From: Actinomycetota bacterium
GTDB lineage: Bacteria > Actinomycetota > UBA4738 > HRBIN12
Assembly (NCBI GenBank): GCA_041486205.1
Contig: JBGPKY010000002.1
Location: forward strand, 1-37,342
Length of the DNA stretch: 37,342 nt
Direction: 5' to 3'
Below are positions 16,285 through 25,859 of this stretch, piece after piece. Position 1 is the first letter of the stretch. Each line of letters begins with the position of its first letter. The position numbers were made by a program, and so were the translations under genes. The notes under the pieces are model-generated. The model was not told the DNA's origin, did not search any database, and worked only from the letters and a program-made list of their open reading frames with translations.

Positions 16285-17414
16285 CCGGCTCGATCCGCCG
16301 CGGTCCCCTCGTCGGGAGCCGCCCGGAAGAAGCGTTCGATGCCGTCGACGATCGCGGCAGCGATGTCTCGCCGCGTGCGGCCGTCGGCGAGCATCCGCTC
16401 CTCTTTCTCGTTGGTCAGGAAGCAGGGCTCGACCTGTACCGCGGGCATCCTCGTTTCGCGCAGGATGTCGATCGCGAGCGGGTGGACGCGTCCATCCTTC
16501 AGCCCTAGACGGGAAGTGAGCTCCTCTTGGATGACCTCCGCCAGTCGCCGGCCGGCCGGCGAGTGAGTGGCGGGCGTTCCGAAGTAGAAGCACGTCGCCC
16601 CTTCGGCCTCGGGCTCACCTGCATTCAGGTGGAGCGAGACGCAGACGGTCGCGCCGATGTCGTTCGCCGCTCGCGCGCGGCCACTGGGCGTCGGGTCTTC
16701 CGCGTTGCTTCGCAGGGGTTTCGGGACGGCACCCCTCGCTGCCAGCTCCTCGGCCAGCGCGTCGGCGAGGAGGAGGGTCACATCCGTCTCAACCAGCCCG
16801 CTCGGTCCCACGTTACCGGGGTCCGACGGTCCGTGTCCCGGGTCGATCGCGACGACCGCGCCGACGATCGATGAGTCCATCCGCCGGAGGTCTTCCTCCT
16901 CGCGGACCATCGCACGGCTGGGACCCTCGGGCGTCGGCCGCAGCCTTGCCAGCGCAGAGACCGTCTCGGTGCCCACGATGCCGTCGCCTTCGCCCCCGAC
17001 GTTCACCTGGAACTCATTCACCGCCTCCGAGGTCCGCGGGCCGAAGAGCCCGTCCTCTTTCCCGGCATCGAACCCGAGCGAGTTCAAACGCCGCTGAAGC
17101 TCCACCACGTCGTCCCCCCGGAACGATGGGTGGCGTAGGTAAAGCGTCCTGTCCCCGAGCCGATGGCCGGCCTCCACCAACCGCCCCCATGTGTCCAGTC
17201 CCACCAACCCGTCGCTCACGAGCCCCCGACGCTGCTGGAACTCCCTCACCGCGGCCTCGGTTGAAGGGCCGAAGTGCCCTTCAAGCTCGGACGCGTCGAC
17301 CGACAGCCCTGCTTCAAGCAGGCGGTGCTGGATGTCGCGGACCGCGTCGCCGAAGTCGCCTCTGCGGATGGGTCTCACGGAGTGAGTCTGCGCAGCCCTC
17401 AGGACGGACGGCAA
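16275..17414 (-). CDS. cwlM: CwlM-like N-acetylmuramoyl-L-alanine amidase (2x PG_binding_1 + Amidase_3), no signal peptide
   Basis: Track ORF 16275..17513 overlaps trxA, so I start at TTG 17414 (GTG 17378 is also possible). Two peptidoglycan-binding repeats (..GDAVRDIQHRLLEAGL..FGPSTEAAVREFQQRRGL..; ..GDDVVELQRRLNSLGF..FGPRTSEAVNEFQ..). Amidase_3 core ..VVAIDPGHGPSDPG..ETDVTL..VCVSLHLNAG..VEPCFLTNEKEE... Immediately downstream of trxB-trxA as in mycobacteria. Confidence 0.85.
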   Translation of the reverse strand: MPSVLRAAQTHSVRPIRRGDFGDAVRDIQHRLLEAGLSVDASELEGHFGPSTEAAVREFQQRRGLVSDGLVGLDTWGRLVEAGHRLGDRTLYLRHPSFRGDDVVELQRRLNSLGFDAGKEDGLFGPRTSEAVNEFQVNVGGEGDGIVGTETVSALARLRPTPEGPSRAMVREEEDLRRMDSSIVGAVVAIDPGHGPSDPGNVGPSGLVETDVTLLLADALAEELAARGAVPKPLRSNAEDPTPSGRARAANDIGATVCVSLHLNAGEPEAEGATCFYFGTPATHSPAGRRLAEVIQEELTSRLGLKDGRVHPLAIDILRETRMPAVQVEPCFLTNEKEERMLADGRTRRDIAAAIVDGIERFFRAAPDEGTAADRAGYS

Positions 17415-17442
17415 CCTCTGAGGTGGCCTAGGAGGTACGGGC

Positions 17443-17772
17443 TCATGAGGCCAGATGCGGATCGATCTCCCGCAGCAACGCGTCCTTCCCGCGAGCCCCA
17501 ACCACGCGAGCAACCTCTTGGCCGCCCTTGAATAGGATCAGCGAGGGGATGCTCATGACGCCGTAGCGGCGTGTGGCATCCGGGTTCTCGTCGATGTTGA
17601 GCTTCGCGACCTGAAGCGTCGCTTCCTTCTCGCGGCCGATCTCCTCGACCACGGGCGAGACCATATGGCAGGGCACACACCACTCGGCCCAGAAGTCGAC
17701 CAGCACGGGCGTGCCCGACTTCAGCACTCTCGACTCGAAGTCCTGGTCCGTCACGTCGCCTATGAGTGCCAC
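17443..17772 (-). CDS. trxA: Thioredoxin (active site WCVPC)
   Basis: 109 aa. ..TPVLVDFWAEWCVPCHMVSPVVEEI..LNIDENPDATRRYGVMSIPSLILFKGG... GTG start preceded by GAGGAGGG. Confidence 0.9.
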   Translation of the reverse strand: MALIGDVTDQDFESRVLKSGTPVLVDFWAEWCVPCHMVSPVVEEIGREKEATLQVAKLNIDENPDATRRYGVMSIPSLILFKGGQEVARVVGARGKDALLREIDPHLAS

Positions 17773-17852
17773 GGTTCGATCCCTCCTCGTTCGTGGGGCC
17801 GGTCTCCGCGGGCGGCCCTTCCCGGCACACCCCGGTGGTTCCCGGGATCCCC

Positions 17853-18800
17853 CTACGCCTGATGTCCTTCAGCCTCGAGGAACCGCTCGGCGTCGATCGC
17901 TGCCTTGCAGCCCTGGCCGGCCGCCGTCACGGCCTGACGATAGATGCGATCGGTGACGTCACCCGCCGCGAAGACACCGGGCAGGCTCGTCTTCGTCGTC
18001 GGCTCCTGGATGGTGATGTACCCGCCGTCGGTCAGCTCGAGCTGTCCCACGAACAGTGAGGTGTTCGGCGTGTGCCCTATAGCCACGAACACGCCGTCCG
18101 TCGCCAACTCCTTGGTTCCCGTGGTCGTCCTGTCCTTCAGCCGAACACCGGTAACCGCACCGTCGCCGAGGATCTCGTCGATGACGCTGTTCCAAGCAAC
18201 TGCGATCTTCGGGTGCGAGAGCACGCGGTCCCGCATGATCTTCGAGGCGCGGAACTCGTCGCGGCGGTGGACGATCGTGACTTTGGAGGCGAATCTCGTG
18301 AGGAAGGTCGCTTCCTCCATGGCGGTGTCGCCGCCGCCGACCACGACCAGCTCGCGGTCCTTGAAGAAGAACCCGTCGCAGGTGGCACACGCGCTTACGC
18401 CACGACCGCGGAGTTTCTCCTCACCGGGAACTCCGAGCCACCGCGCGCTGGCACCGGTCGAGACGATCAGGGTCCGGGCACGCCACTCCTGATCGCCGGC
18501 CCACACTCCGAAAGGGCGCGTCGAGAGGTCGACGCGGGTCACGCTCTGGTGGAGCAGTTCCGCGTCGAAGCGCGCGGCCTGCTTCTCCATCGCCTCCATC
18601 AGCTCGGGGCCCATGATCGCGTCCGGGAACCCCGGGTAGTTCTCGACCTCGGTCGTGAGCATGAGCTGCCCGCCGGCGTCGAGACCTTTCAGAACGAGCG
18701 GTTGCAGGTTCGCGCGAGCTGCGTAAAGGGCCGCGGTGTATCCGGCCGGCCCTGATCCCAGGATGATGACGTTCCGCTCGTCGCTCACTTCGGGCTCCAT
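17853..18800 (-). CDS. trxB: Thioredoxin-disulfide reductase
   Basis: 315 aa. FAD motif IILGSGPAGYTAALYAAR, redox centre GVSACATCDGFFF, NADPH motif VVVGGGDTAMEEA. Confidence 0.95.
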   Translation of the reverse strand: MEPEVSDERNVIILGSGPAGYTAALYAARANLQPLVLKGLDAGGQLMLTTEVENYPGFPDAIMGPELMEAMEKQAARFDAELLHQSVTRVDLSTRPFGVWAGDQEWRARTLIVSTGASARWLGVPGEEKLRGRGVSACATCDGFFFKDRELVVVGGGDTAMEEATFLTRFASKVTIVHRRDEFRASKIMRDRVLSHPKIAVAWNSVIDEILGDGAVTGVRLKDRTTTGTKELATDGVFVAIGHTPNTSLFVGQLELTDGGYITIQEPTTKTSLPGVFAAGDVTDRIYRQAVTAAGQGCKAAIDAERFLEAEGHQA

Positions 18801-18824
18801 TCTCCCATAGGGGATAACCGACCC

Positions 18825-20015
18825 CTATTCCCCGGGCAGCGCGGAGCGCCGGAGCTTACCCGATCGGCTCCGGGGCAGTGTCTCGAGGAAGACCAGCTCC
18901 CGCGGGGCTTTGTATCGGGCCAGTCGCGTTGCTACAAGCTCTCGGAGTTCCTGCAGCGCAGGAGGTTCAGTAGGGTCGCGTGGCACGACGAACGCGACGA
19001 CGCGCTCGCCCCATTCGACGTCAGGGCGGCCGGCTACCGCGATGTCGGCGACCTTCGGGTGGCTGCGCAGCGCGGCCTCAACCTCCTCCGGCCACACCTT
19101 CTCGCCACCGGTGTTGATCAGTTCGTCGAGGCGCCCGAGCACCCGCAGGCGTTCCCCGGCCGTTAGCTCACCCACGTCACCTGTGTGGAGCCAGCCGTCG
19201 GGCGTGATCGCGAGCTCCGTTCGCTCCGTATCGAAGCGGTACCCGCGCATCATCGTCGCGCCGCGCAGCTCGATGCCGCCGGTCTCGGCGTCGATCCGAA
19301 CCGAAGTCCCGGCGAACGCCCGGCCATCGTAGACCACGCCACCACATGATTCCGTGAGACCGTATGTCTCGACGACCGTCGCGCCGGCAGCCTTCGCGCG
19401 TTCGCGGAGTTCCTCCGGGAGCCTTGAGCCGCCGACGAGGATCGCGCGCATGCGCGAGAGGTCCGCGCCCGCGTCGAGCAGTCGAACGAGCATCGTCGGG
19501 ACCAGCGAGATGAAGGCGACGGAGGGTTCGTTCGCAACGGCTTCGGGCTCGAATCCGGTGTGCACCCTCACCGGCGCGCCGAGCAAGACAGAGCGCAGGA
19601 GCACGAGGAGCCCGCCGACGTGAGCGATTGGCAGGCAGCAGAGCCAGCGATCCTCCGACCCGGCGCCGAGTGCCTGGGCGGATGCAGTGATGGCCGCGTC
19701 GATAGCCGATCGCTCGAACTGAACCAGCTTCGGTTCACCGGCCGTCCCGGAAGTTGCGACGACTAGGGCGATCCCCTCGTCGACCGACTTCCCCTGCTCG
19801 GACCGAGACCAGCCGCCAGCTTCGAGCGAGATCGTCGGTCTCGCTCTTTCGAGAAGGGCGCTCGCCGAACGATCGCCGAGCCGGTGGTCGATGGGAAGGA
19901 CCGCGGCCCCGGCGTCCCACGCCTCGCGGATCAGCCGCGCCCAGGAGCGGCCGGGAGGTAGGCGCACGGCGAGGAGGTCCCCGTGCTTGAGCTCTGCCTT
20001 CAGAGGGGATCCCAT
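18825..20015 (-). CDS. menE: o-Succinylbenzoate--CoA ligase (short actinobacterial type)
   Basis: 396 aa adenylate-forming enzyme. AMP-binding motif VVATSGTAGEPKLV, ..ETYGLTES.., ..GDVGEL.., C-terminal ..LPRSRSGKLRR... Divergent from menB. Confidence 0.8.
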   Translation of the reverse strand: MGSPLKAELKHGDLLAVRLPPGRSWARLIREAWDAGAAVLPIDHRLGDRSASALLERARPTISLEAGGWSRSEQGKSVDEGIALVVATSGTAGEPKLVQFERSAIDAAITASAQALGAGSEDRWLCCLPIAHVGGLLVLLRSVLLGAPVRVHTGFEPEAVANEPSVAFISLVPTMLVRLLDAGADLSRMRAILVGGSRLPEELRERAKAAGATVVETYGLTESCGGVVYDGRAFAGTSVRIDAETGGIELRGATMMRGYRFDTERTELAITPDGWLHTGDVGELTAGERLRVLGRLDELINTGGEKVWPEEVEAALRSHPKVADIAVAGRPDVEWGERVVAFVVPRDPTEPPALQELRELVATRLARYKAPRELVFLETLPRSRSGKLRRSALPGE

Positions 20016-20057
20016 GGGTCCAGGCTAGCGTAGACTGTTCGAGTTCCCGCTCTAGGA

Positions 20058-20882
20058 GTGAACGGTCTGATGGATTGGCAGAGGTCCGGCGACTACGAGG
20101 ACATCCGGCTCGAAACCTCCGAGGGCATCGCGAAGATCACGATCGACCGGCCGGAGGTTCGCAACGCCTTCCGCCCGAAGACGCTCTTCGAGCTGTCGAA
20201 GGCGTTCGACGTCGCCCGCGACGACCCCTCGATCGGTGTGATCGTCCTGACCGGAGAAGGGCCGCAGGCGTTCTGCTCGGGAGGCGATCAGCGGATCCGG
20301 GGCGAGGACGGGTACGTCGACGACCGCGGCATCGCGCGGCTGAACGTCCTGGATCTTCAGGTCCAGATCCGGCGGTTGCCGAAGCCGGTCGTCGCCATGG
20401 TCGCCGGCTACGCGATCGGCGGCGGCCACGTCTTGCACCTCGTCTGCGACCTCACCATCGCTGCGGACAACGCGAAGTTCGGCCAGACCGGCCCAAAGGT
20501 GGGCTCGTTCGACGCGGGCTACGGCAGCGGGTTGCTCGCGCGGACCGTCGGCCTCAAGCGCGCGAAGGAGATCTGGTTCCTGTGCGAGCAGTACGACGCT
20601 CAGACGGCGCTGCAGTGGGGGCTGGTCAACGCCGTCGTGCCGCTGGAGCAGCTCGAAGCCGAAACCGTGAAGTGGTGTCGGAAGATGCTCGAGATGAGCC
20701 CGCTGTCGTTGCGTCTGATCAAGGCGGGCTTCAACGCCGACACCGATGGTCTCGCGGGGATCCAGCAACTCGCCGGCGATGCGACGCTCCTCTACTACAT
20801 GTCCGACGAAGCCCAGGAGGGGCGCGACGCCTACCTCGAGAAACGCCCACCGGACTTCTCGAGGTTCCCGAAGCGGCCGTGA
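20058..20882 (+). CDS. menB: 1,4-dihydroxy-2-naphthoyl-CoA synthase
   Basis: 274 aa crotonase fold. ..[87 protein letters not shown].. is highly MenB-like. ATG at 20070 is an alternative start. Confidence 0.95.
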   Translation: MNGLMDWQRSGDYEDIRLETSEGIAKITIDRPEVRNAFRPKTLFELSKAFDVARDDPSIGVIVLTGEGPQAFCSGGDQRIRGEDGYVDDRGIARLNVLDLQVQIRRLPKPVVAMVAGYAIGGGHVLHLVCDLTIAADNAKFGQTGPKVGSFDAGYGSGLLARTVGLKRAKEIWFLCEQYDAQTALQWGLVNAVVPLEQLEAETVKWCRKMLEMSPLSLRLIKAGFNADTDGLAGIQQLAGDATLLYYMSDEAQEGRDAYLEKRPPDFSRFPKRP

Positions 20883-21772
20883 CCTCGATCGCGGTTTGGT
20901 TGAAAGGGGCGAGACCCCGCACGCTTGGGGCCAGCCTGGTGCCGGTCGTCGTGGGTACGGCGGCGGCGCGGCACGTAGCCTGGTGGCGGTTCGCGGCGGC
21001 GCTCCTCGTCGGCCTTGCGCTGCAAGTGGGAGTGAACCTGGCGAACGACTACCACGACGGTGTGCGCGGGGTGGATACGGAGCACCGCGCGGGACCGGTT
21101 CGCCTGACGGCGTCGGGCCTTGCCTCGCCTCGATCGGTGGCTACCGCCTCGCTTCTCGCGATCCTCGTGGCAGGAGTTGCGGGTCTGGCGCTGGCTCTGG
21201 CGACGACGCTATGGCTCGTGCCGATCGGCGCGGCGGCGATGCTCGCGTTGTGGCTCTACAGCGGCGGACCGAGGCCGTACGCGGCGCTCGGATTGGGCGA
21301 GGTCTCGGTCTTCCTGTTCTTCGGTCTGATGGCGACCGCTGGGAGCGCGTACGTAGAGGTGGAGCGCGTTCCGTCCTCGGCGTGGTGGGCGAGCCTGCCG
21401 ATGGGCCTGCTCTCCGTCGCGATCCTGGTCGCGAACAACCTCCGAGATATCCCTACCGACGAGGCGACGGGCAAGCGAACGCTCGCGGTCCGACTGGGGG
21501 ACGCGCGGACGCGATCGCTCTACCGAGCGCTGGTCGTCATCGCGTTCGCGTCGATCGCGGTGGGGGTGTCGATCGGCATCGCGAGCGAACGTGTCGGCGT
21601 GACGCAGTGGGCGCTGTTCGGTCTGGCCGCGTGGCCTCTCGCGATCCGGCCGATAGAGGTCGTCGGTACGGCGACGGGCCGCGAGCTGATCCCGGTGTTG
21701 ACGGGAACCGCCGCGACCCACGCCGCTTGCGGCTTGCTGATGGCCCTCGGCTTCGTTCTGGCTAAGACATGA
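20879..21772 (+). CDS. menA: 1,4-dihydroxy-2-naphthoate polyprenyltransferase
   Basis: C-terminal 298 aa of track ORF 20075..21772, whose first 268 aa are an Arg-rich off-frame read through menB. GTG at 20879 overlaps the menB stop (GTGA). UbiA-family motifs ..[12 protein letters not shown].. and ..[22 protein letters not shown].., multiple TM helices. Confidence 0.85.
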   Translation: MTSIAVWLKGARPRTLGASLVPVVVGTAAARHVAWWRFAAALLVGLALQVGVNLANDYHDGVRGVDTEHRAGPVRLTASGLASPRSVATASLLAILVAGVAGLALALATTLWLVPIGAAAMLALWLYSGGPRPYAALGLGEVSVFLFFGLMATAGSAYVEVERVPSSAWWASLPMGLLSVAILVANNLRDIPTDEATGKRTLAVRLGDARTRSLYRALVVIAFASIAVGVSIGIASERVGVTQWALFGLAAWPLAIRPIEVVGTATGRELIPVLTGTAATHAACGLLMALGFVLAKT

Positions 21773-23478
21773 CCCCTTCGGAAGCCGATGTCGCGCTAGC
21801 CTGCATGCAGGTGTTCGTGTCGGGCTTGGTCGAGTCCGGCATCGAGCACGCCTGCGTCTCCCCGGGCTCTCGCTCGACTGCGATCGCCCTTGCGCTGCAC
21901 CGTGATCGACGGGTTCGCGTCCATGTGCACCTGGACGAGCGCTCGTCATCCTACTTCGGGCTCGGCCTTGCGAAGGCGACTGGGAAGGCGGTCGCGGTCA
22001 TCTGCACGAGCGGCACCGCGGCGGCGGAGTTCTTCCCGGCGGTTGTCGAGGCCTCGATGTCGCGGGTACCTCTCGTCCTCCTGACGGCCGACCGGCCGCC
22101 GGAGCTGCGCGGCGTCGGCGCGAACCAGACGATCGACCAGCTGAAGCTCTTCGGGGCGTTCGCGAAGCGTTTCGTGGACGCCGACCTTCCGGCTACCGGA
22201 CCTGGCGCTGCGGGTCGTTGGCACGCGCTCGGCCTGGACGTTGTTGCGGCATCGCGGGCGCACCCTCCCGGTCCCGTCCACGTGAACCTCCCCTTCCGCG
22301 AGCCTCTCGTCCCGACCGGTGCCCCCGTCGAGCTCGGCGACTTCCGGACCGGGCGAGCGGAGCCCGCGCTCGGCACCCCGCCCCTGGAGCCAACGGAAGT
22401 CGATGCGCTCGCCGATGCGCTCGCCGGCGTCGAGCGGGGGACGATCGTCGCCGGGTCGTTGCGGCATGACGCGGCGCCGGTACTGGAGCTCGCCAGGAAG
22501 CTCGGGTGGCCGCTCATCTCCGAGCCGACCTCGGGCCTGCGGGTTCCCGGCGCGCTGTCCGCGGGGCAGTTCCTTCTGGTGAACGAGGGGTTCGCGTCGG
22601 AGCACGCGCCCGAGGTCGCACTGCAGGTCGGGGCGGCGCCGACCTCTCGGGCGGGCCTCGCGTTCGTGGCGGCTGCGGAGCGGCTCGTGATCGTGGACCC
22701 CGACCGTCTCGTGGCCGATCCGGCGCGACATTCGTTCTTGACCATCGAAGCCGACCCGGGAACGGTCGCGCTCGAGCTTCTAGCGCGTCTCGAGTCTCGA
22801 CCCGAGTCCGCCTGGTCGGGCGAGTGGATGCGGGCCGACACGGCGGCCCGCTTCGCGGTCGACGAGACGATCGACAGGTGGAGCGAGCCGTACGAGGGTC
22901 TGATCGCAAGGGATCTTGCTGCTGCTATCCCATCCGGCGGAGTGCTCACGGTCGGCTCCAGCATGCCGGTCCGTGACCTCGACGCGTACTGCTTGCCCCG
23001 CAACGGTCTACGCGTCTTGGCCAATCGGGGGGCCAGCGGGATCGATGGGTTCGTCTCGACGACGCTCGGCGTCGCGGCTGGCGACGCGCCAACGTACGCG
23101 TTGATGGGAGACCTCACGCTGCTGCACGACGCAGGTGGGCTCCTGTGGAACGCGCAACGCGGGTACGACGCGGTGCTCGTAGTCCTGAACAACGGCGGCG
23201 GAGCGGTCTTCTCCTTCCTCGCGCAGCGCGAGCTGCCGGAGCTGGAGGAGCTGTTCACGACGCCACACGGGCTCGACCTCGCTAAGCTGGCCGACGCGGC
23301 GGGCGCAGGTCACACGCTCGTCGGACGCGCCGACGATCTCGTGCCCGCCCTCAAGAGGGCCACGAACGAGGGGGGCGTGCATATCGTCGATGTCTCGATC
23401 GACCGCGAGCTGAACGTCGCTCGCCACGCCGACGTTCGCTCGGCCGTCGCTGCCGCGCTCGCCGACGTACCATCGTGA
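21769..23478 (+). CDS. menD: SEPHCHC synthase (2-succinyl-5-enolpyruvyl-6-hydroxy-3-cyclohexene-1-carboxylate synthase), ThDP-dependent
   Basis: 569 aa. ..CVSPGSRSTAIALA..VICTSGTAAAEFFPAVVEA..PLVLLTADRPPELRGVGANQTIDQ.., ThDP motif ..GDLTLLHDAGGLL...LNNGGGAVF... ATG overlaps the menA stop (ATGA). Confidence 0.9.
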   Translation: MTPSEADVALACMQVFVSGLVESGIEHACVSPGSRSTAIALALHRDRRVRVHVHLDERSSSYFGLGLAKATGKAVAVICTSGTAAAEFFPAVVEASMSRVPLVLLTADRPPELRGVGANQTIDQLKLFGAFAKRFVDADLPATGPGAAGRWHALGLDVVAASRAHPPGPVHVNLPFREPLVPTGAPVELGDFRTGRAEPALGTPPLEPTEVDALADALAGVERGTIVAGSLRHDAAPVLELARKLGWPLISEPTSGLRVPGALSAGQFLLVNEGFASEHAPEVALQVGAAPTSRAGLAFVAAAERLVIVDPDRLVADPARHSFLTIEADPGTVALELLARLESRPESAWSGEWMRADTAARFAVDETIDRWSEPYEGLIARDLAAAIPSGGVLTVGSSMPVRDLDAYCLPRNGLRVLANRGASGIDGFVSTTLGVAAGDAPTYALMGDLTLLHDAGGLLWNAQRGYDAVLVVLNNGGGAVFSFLAQRELPELEELFTTPHGLDLAKLADAAGAGHTLVGRADDLVPALKRATNEGGVHIVDVSIDRELNVARHADVRSAVAAALADVPS

Positions 23479-23479
23479 A

Positions 23480-23935
23480 GTGAGCGAGCGGCGCCGCCCC
23501 GCTGCGGTCGGGTACTGGGTCCTCGCGGTGGTCTTCCTCGCCGTGGGATCCGTCGCGATCTTCAGCGTCGGGGTGCCGTTCTTCTTGACCGGCGTCGTGA
23601 TGCTCGTCGTGGGGAGGTGGCGGCGGAACCGTGCCGTGCTGTGGCCGGCGCTCGTTGCTGTTTGGGCGTTCGTGGCGGGATACGTGCTGGTCGCGCCGCT
23701 CGGATGCACGAGCTCCTCGGAGGCGCTGACCTCACTCCCTGGGGTGTTCAGCTCGCCCGAGCCGTCACACACGGTATGCACGAACATCCTGGGGATCGAC
23801 TACTCGGGAACTGGGGTGTACAACCCAAGCCTGCTGCCCGGACTCCTCGCCGGGCTCGCAGCCGCGCTGATCGCGGCTGTTCTGACCCGCATCTTGCTCC
23901 GGCGCGGCCGCTCGCGCCTGGTTCCCACGACCTAG
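23480..23935 (+). CDS. Hypothetical integral membrane protein (about 4 TM helices)
   Basis: 151 aa. GTG start 1 nt after the menD stop. Hydrophobic segments VGYWVLAVVFLAVGSVAIF, VPFFLTGVVMLVV, LWPALVAVWAFVAGYVLVA, LLPGLLAGLAAALIAAVL. A TM protein also follows menD in M. tuberculosis (Rv0556), recalled from memory. Confidence 0.5.
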   Translation: MSERRRPAAVGYWVLAVVFLAVGSVAIFSVGVPFFLTGVVMLVVGRWRRNRAVLWPALVAVWAFVAGYVLVAPLGCTSSSEALTSLPGVFSSPEPSHTVCTNILGIDYSGTGVYNPSLLPGLLAGLAAALIAAVLTRILLRRGRSRLVPTT

Positions 23936-25179
23936 CCCCAGCGGAGCGAATCGAGCAGCGCTCGGAACTTGCGTTCCGTTTCGTCGACCTCCTGATCAGG
24001 CGAGGAATCCGCCACTATGCCGGCGCCTGCGAACAGCCGCGCGGTCCTGCCCTCGATCTCTGCACAGCGGAGGGCGATGGCCCACTCACCGTCGCCGTTC
24101 CTGTCTACCCAGCCGACGGGCCCGGCGTAACAGCCGCGGTCGAAGGGTTCGAGCTCTGAGATGGCTTGCTGCGCGACGCCCCTAGGAGTTCCGCAAACTG
24201 CAGGGGTGGGGTGCAGCGCGGCTAGCAGCTCCAGAACACCGGGCGCCGGCTCGCGGAGGCGGCCGAGGAACCTCGTTTGTAGATGCCACACGTTCGCGGT
24301 GCCGAACAGAACCGGCTCGCGGTCGAACGTCAGTTCCTCGCAGAACGGCCGGAGCGCGTCGGAGACGGCTTCGGCTACGACTGCGTGCTCTTCGCCGTTC
24401 TTCGCGGACGAGCGGAGGTACTCGGCCGACGCTCGGTCCTCATCCAGGTCACCGAAGCGCGGCGAGGAGCCCGCGAGTGGATCCGATCTGACCTCCAGGC
24501 CGGATCGCGCGACGAGTAGCTCGGGGCTGGCGCCCACCAAGACGCGGCGTGGCTCGACCGGGACGGAGAACGCGTAGCAAGCGGGGTCGACTGCCCGCAG
24601 GCGGCGGAGCAATTCCCTCGGGTCCAGATCGCGGCCCGCGTCGACCTCCAGAGACCGGGCGAGCACGACCTTCCGAAGCTCCCCGGCCCGGATCCGCTTC
24701 ACGGCCATCGCGACGGCGGCCGCGTAGTCGGCGGGCGGCGGGACCGCGTGGAGCTGGAAGTCCTCGAACGCATCGTGCGGCCGCCGTCGCGCCGCCCACC
24801 CTCCGCCCTGCCCGTCCTCCTCGGCAGACGTCGGGTCTACCATGACCCGTCGCGTCGCTCCGTCCGCCCGTCGGATCGCGAACCGGCGCGGGATCACGAG
24901 GACCGCGTCTCTGGAACCGTCGAATCCGAACGCTCCCGTCGCAGCCGGCACCTGGTCACCCGGGTGGATCTCGTCCAAAGCCTCGCGCACCGCAACATCC
25001 GCGCGGGCGATCTGGTCGGGACCACCGGGAACCACGATCCGCGCCGCCGCCCCGGCGCTCGCAAGGCCGAACCCGTCCCGTTCCATGAAGAACCCGGACG
25101 GGTCGCCATATGCCGCGATGAGGTCGTAGGCGGGGCCGAGCATGTCCCCTTGCGCCGTGAGCGGAGCGGCTTCGGTCAT
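23932..25179 (-). CDS. menF: Isochorismate synthase
   Basis: C-terminal 416 aa of track ORF 23932..25743. ATG at 25179 (MTEAAPLTAQ..) overlaps the menG stop (ATGA). Chorismate-binding motifs ..ASPELLV.., ..EEHAVV.., ..LHPTPAVCGTP.., ..RGCYAGPVGWVD..GDGEWAIALRCA..AGAGIVADSSPDQEVDETERKF... Confidence 0.85.
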   Translation of the reverse strand: MTEAAPLTAQGDMLGPAYDLIAAYGDPSGFFMERDGFGLASAGAAARIVVPGGPDQIARADVAVREALDEIHPGDQVPAATGAFGFDGSRDAVLVIPRRFAIRRADGATRRVMVDPTSAEEDGQGGGWAARRRPHDAFEDFQLHAVPPPADYAAAVAMAVKRIRAGELRKVVLARSLEVDAGRDLDPRELLRRLRAVDPACYAFSVPVEPRRVLVGASPELLVARSGLEVRSDPLAGSSPRFGDLDEDRASAEYLRSSAKNGEEHAVVAEAVSDALRPFCEELTFDREPVLFGTANVWHLQTRFLGRLREPAPGVLELLAALHPTPAVCGTPRGVAQQAISELEPFDRGCYAGPVGWVDRNGDGEWAIALRCAEIEGRTARLFAGAGIVADSSPDQEVDETERKFRALLDSLRWG

Positions 25180-25859
25180 GCGCGCGTTCCCGTCAGCAGC
25201 TGCGCGATGCCGCCGGAGAGCTGGGATCGTTCGGCATCCGGGAAGCCCGCGTCGCGAAGCATCTCCACCATCTCCGCGGGCCGGGGGAGATAGGCCATCG
25301 ACTTCGGCAGGTAGCGATAGGCCTCTCGGTCCGACAGCGCGCCGCCGATCACCGGCACCACGTGTCGGAAGTAGACCGAGTGCCCCAGCCGCATGGCCGG
25401 ACTCGCCGGCTCGGAGGCCTCCAGCAACGCCACCCGCCCGCCCGGCAGGAGCACGCGCGCAAGCTCCGCGAAGAACGCTCGCAGGTCCACGACGTTTCGA
25501 AGCGCGAACCCACACGTCACTCCGTCGGCGGCAGCATCGCGGAGGGGAAGCGTCAAGATATCGGCCTCGACCAGCGGCGCGCGGGTCTTCGCCGATGTCA
25601 GCATCCCGTGCGAGAAATCGAATCCGATCGCGCGGTAACCGTTGCGCTGCAACTCGCGGCAGAAGTCTCCGGTTCCGCAGGCTAGGTCCAGCACCAGCGA
25701 TCGACCGGGCAGTCTCAGCTCCCGGACGGCGCGCCGCCGCCACCCGGAGTCCATCCCGAACGTCATCACGCCGTTCAGGAGGTCGTAACGGCCGGCGATC
25801 GCGTCGAACATCCCGCGCACCCGACGGGCCTTCTCCTCACCTTGGGGAAGGTCGCTCAT
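25176..25859 (-). CDS. menG: Demethylmenaquinone methyltransferase (UbiE/MenG family)
   Basis: 227 aa. ..VRGMFDAIAGRYDLLNGVMTFGMDSGWRRRAV.., SAM motif VLDLACGTGDF, ..FALRNVVDL... Classical UbiE/MenG. Confidence 0.9.
   Translation of the reverse strand: MSDLPQGEEKARRVRGMFDAIAGRYDLLNGVMTFGMDSGWRRRAVRELRLPGRSLVLDLACGTGDFCRELQRNGYRAIGFDFSHGMLTSAKTRAPLVEADILTLPLRDAAADGVTCGFALRNVVDLRAFFAELARVLLPGGRVALLEASEPASPAMRLGHSVYFRHVVPVIGGALSDREAYRYLPKSMAYLPRPAEMVEMLRDAGFPDAERSQLSGGIAQLLTGTRA

Noticed and set aside
17773-17852. GC-rich trxB-trxA spacer as a possible terminator or riboswitch
   Set aside because: Only short imperfect stems can be drawn. The region contains the trxA RBS (GAGGAGGG), and the two genes are normally co-transcribed.
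20075-20878. First 268 codons of the 565-aa ORF 20075..21772
   Set aside because: An off-frame read through menB (Arg-rich). Only the part from GTG 20879 has MenA/UbiA motifs.
25180-25743. 188-aa N-terminal extension of the menF ORF (track 23932..25743, 603 aa)
   Set aside because: The extension overlaps menG in another frame and is Arg/Ala/Gly-rich. The ATG at 25179 gives a normal-length isochorismate synthase and an ATGA junction with menG.
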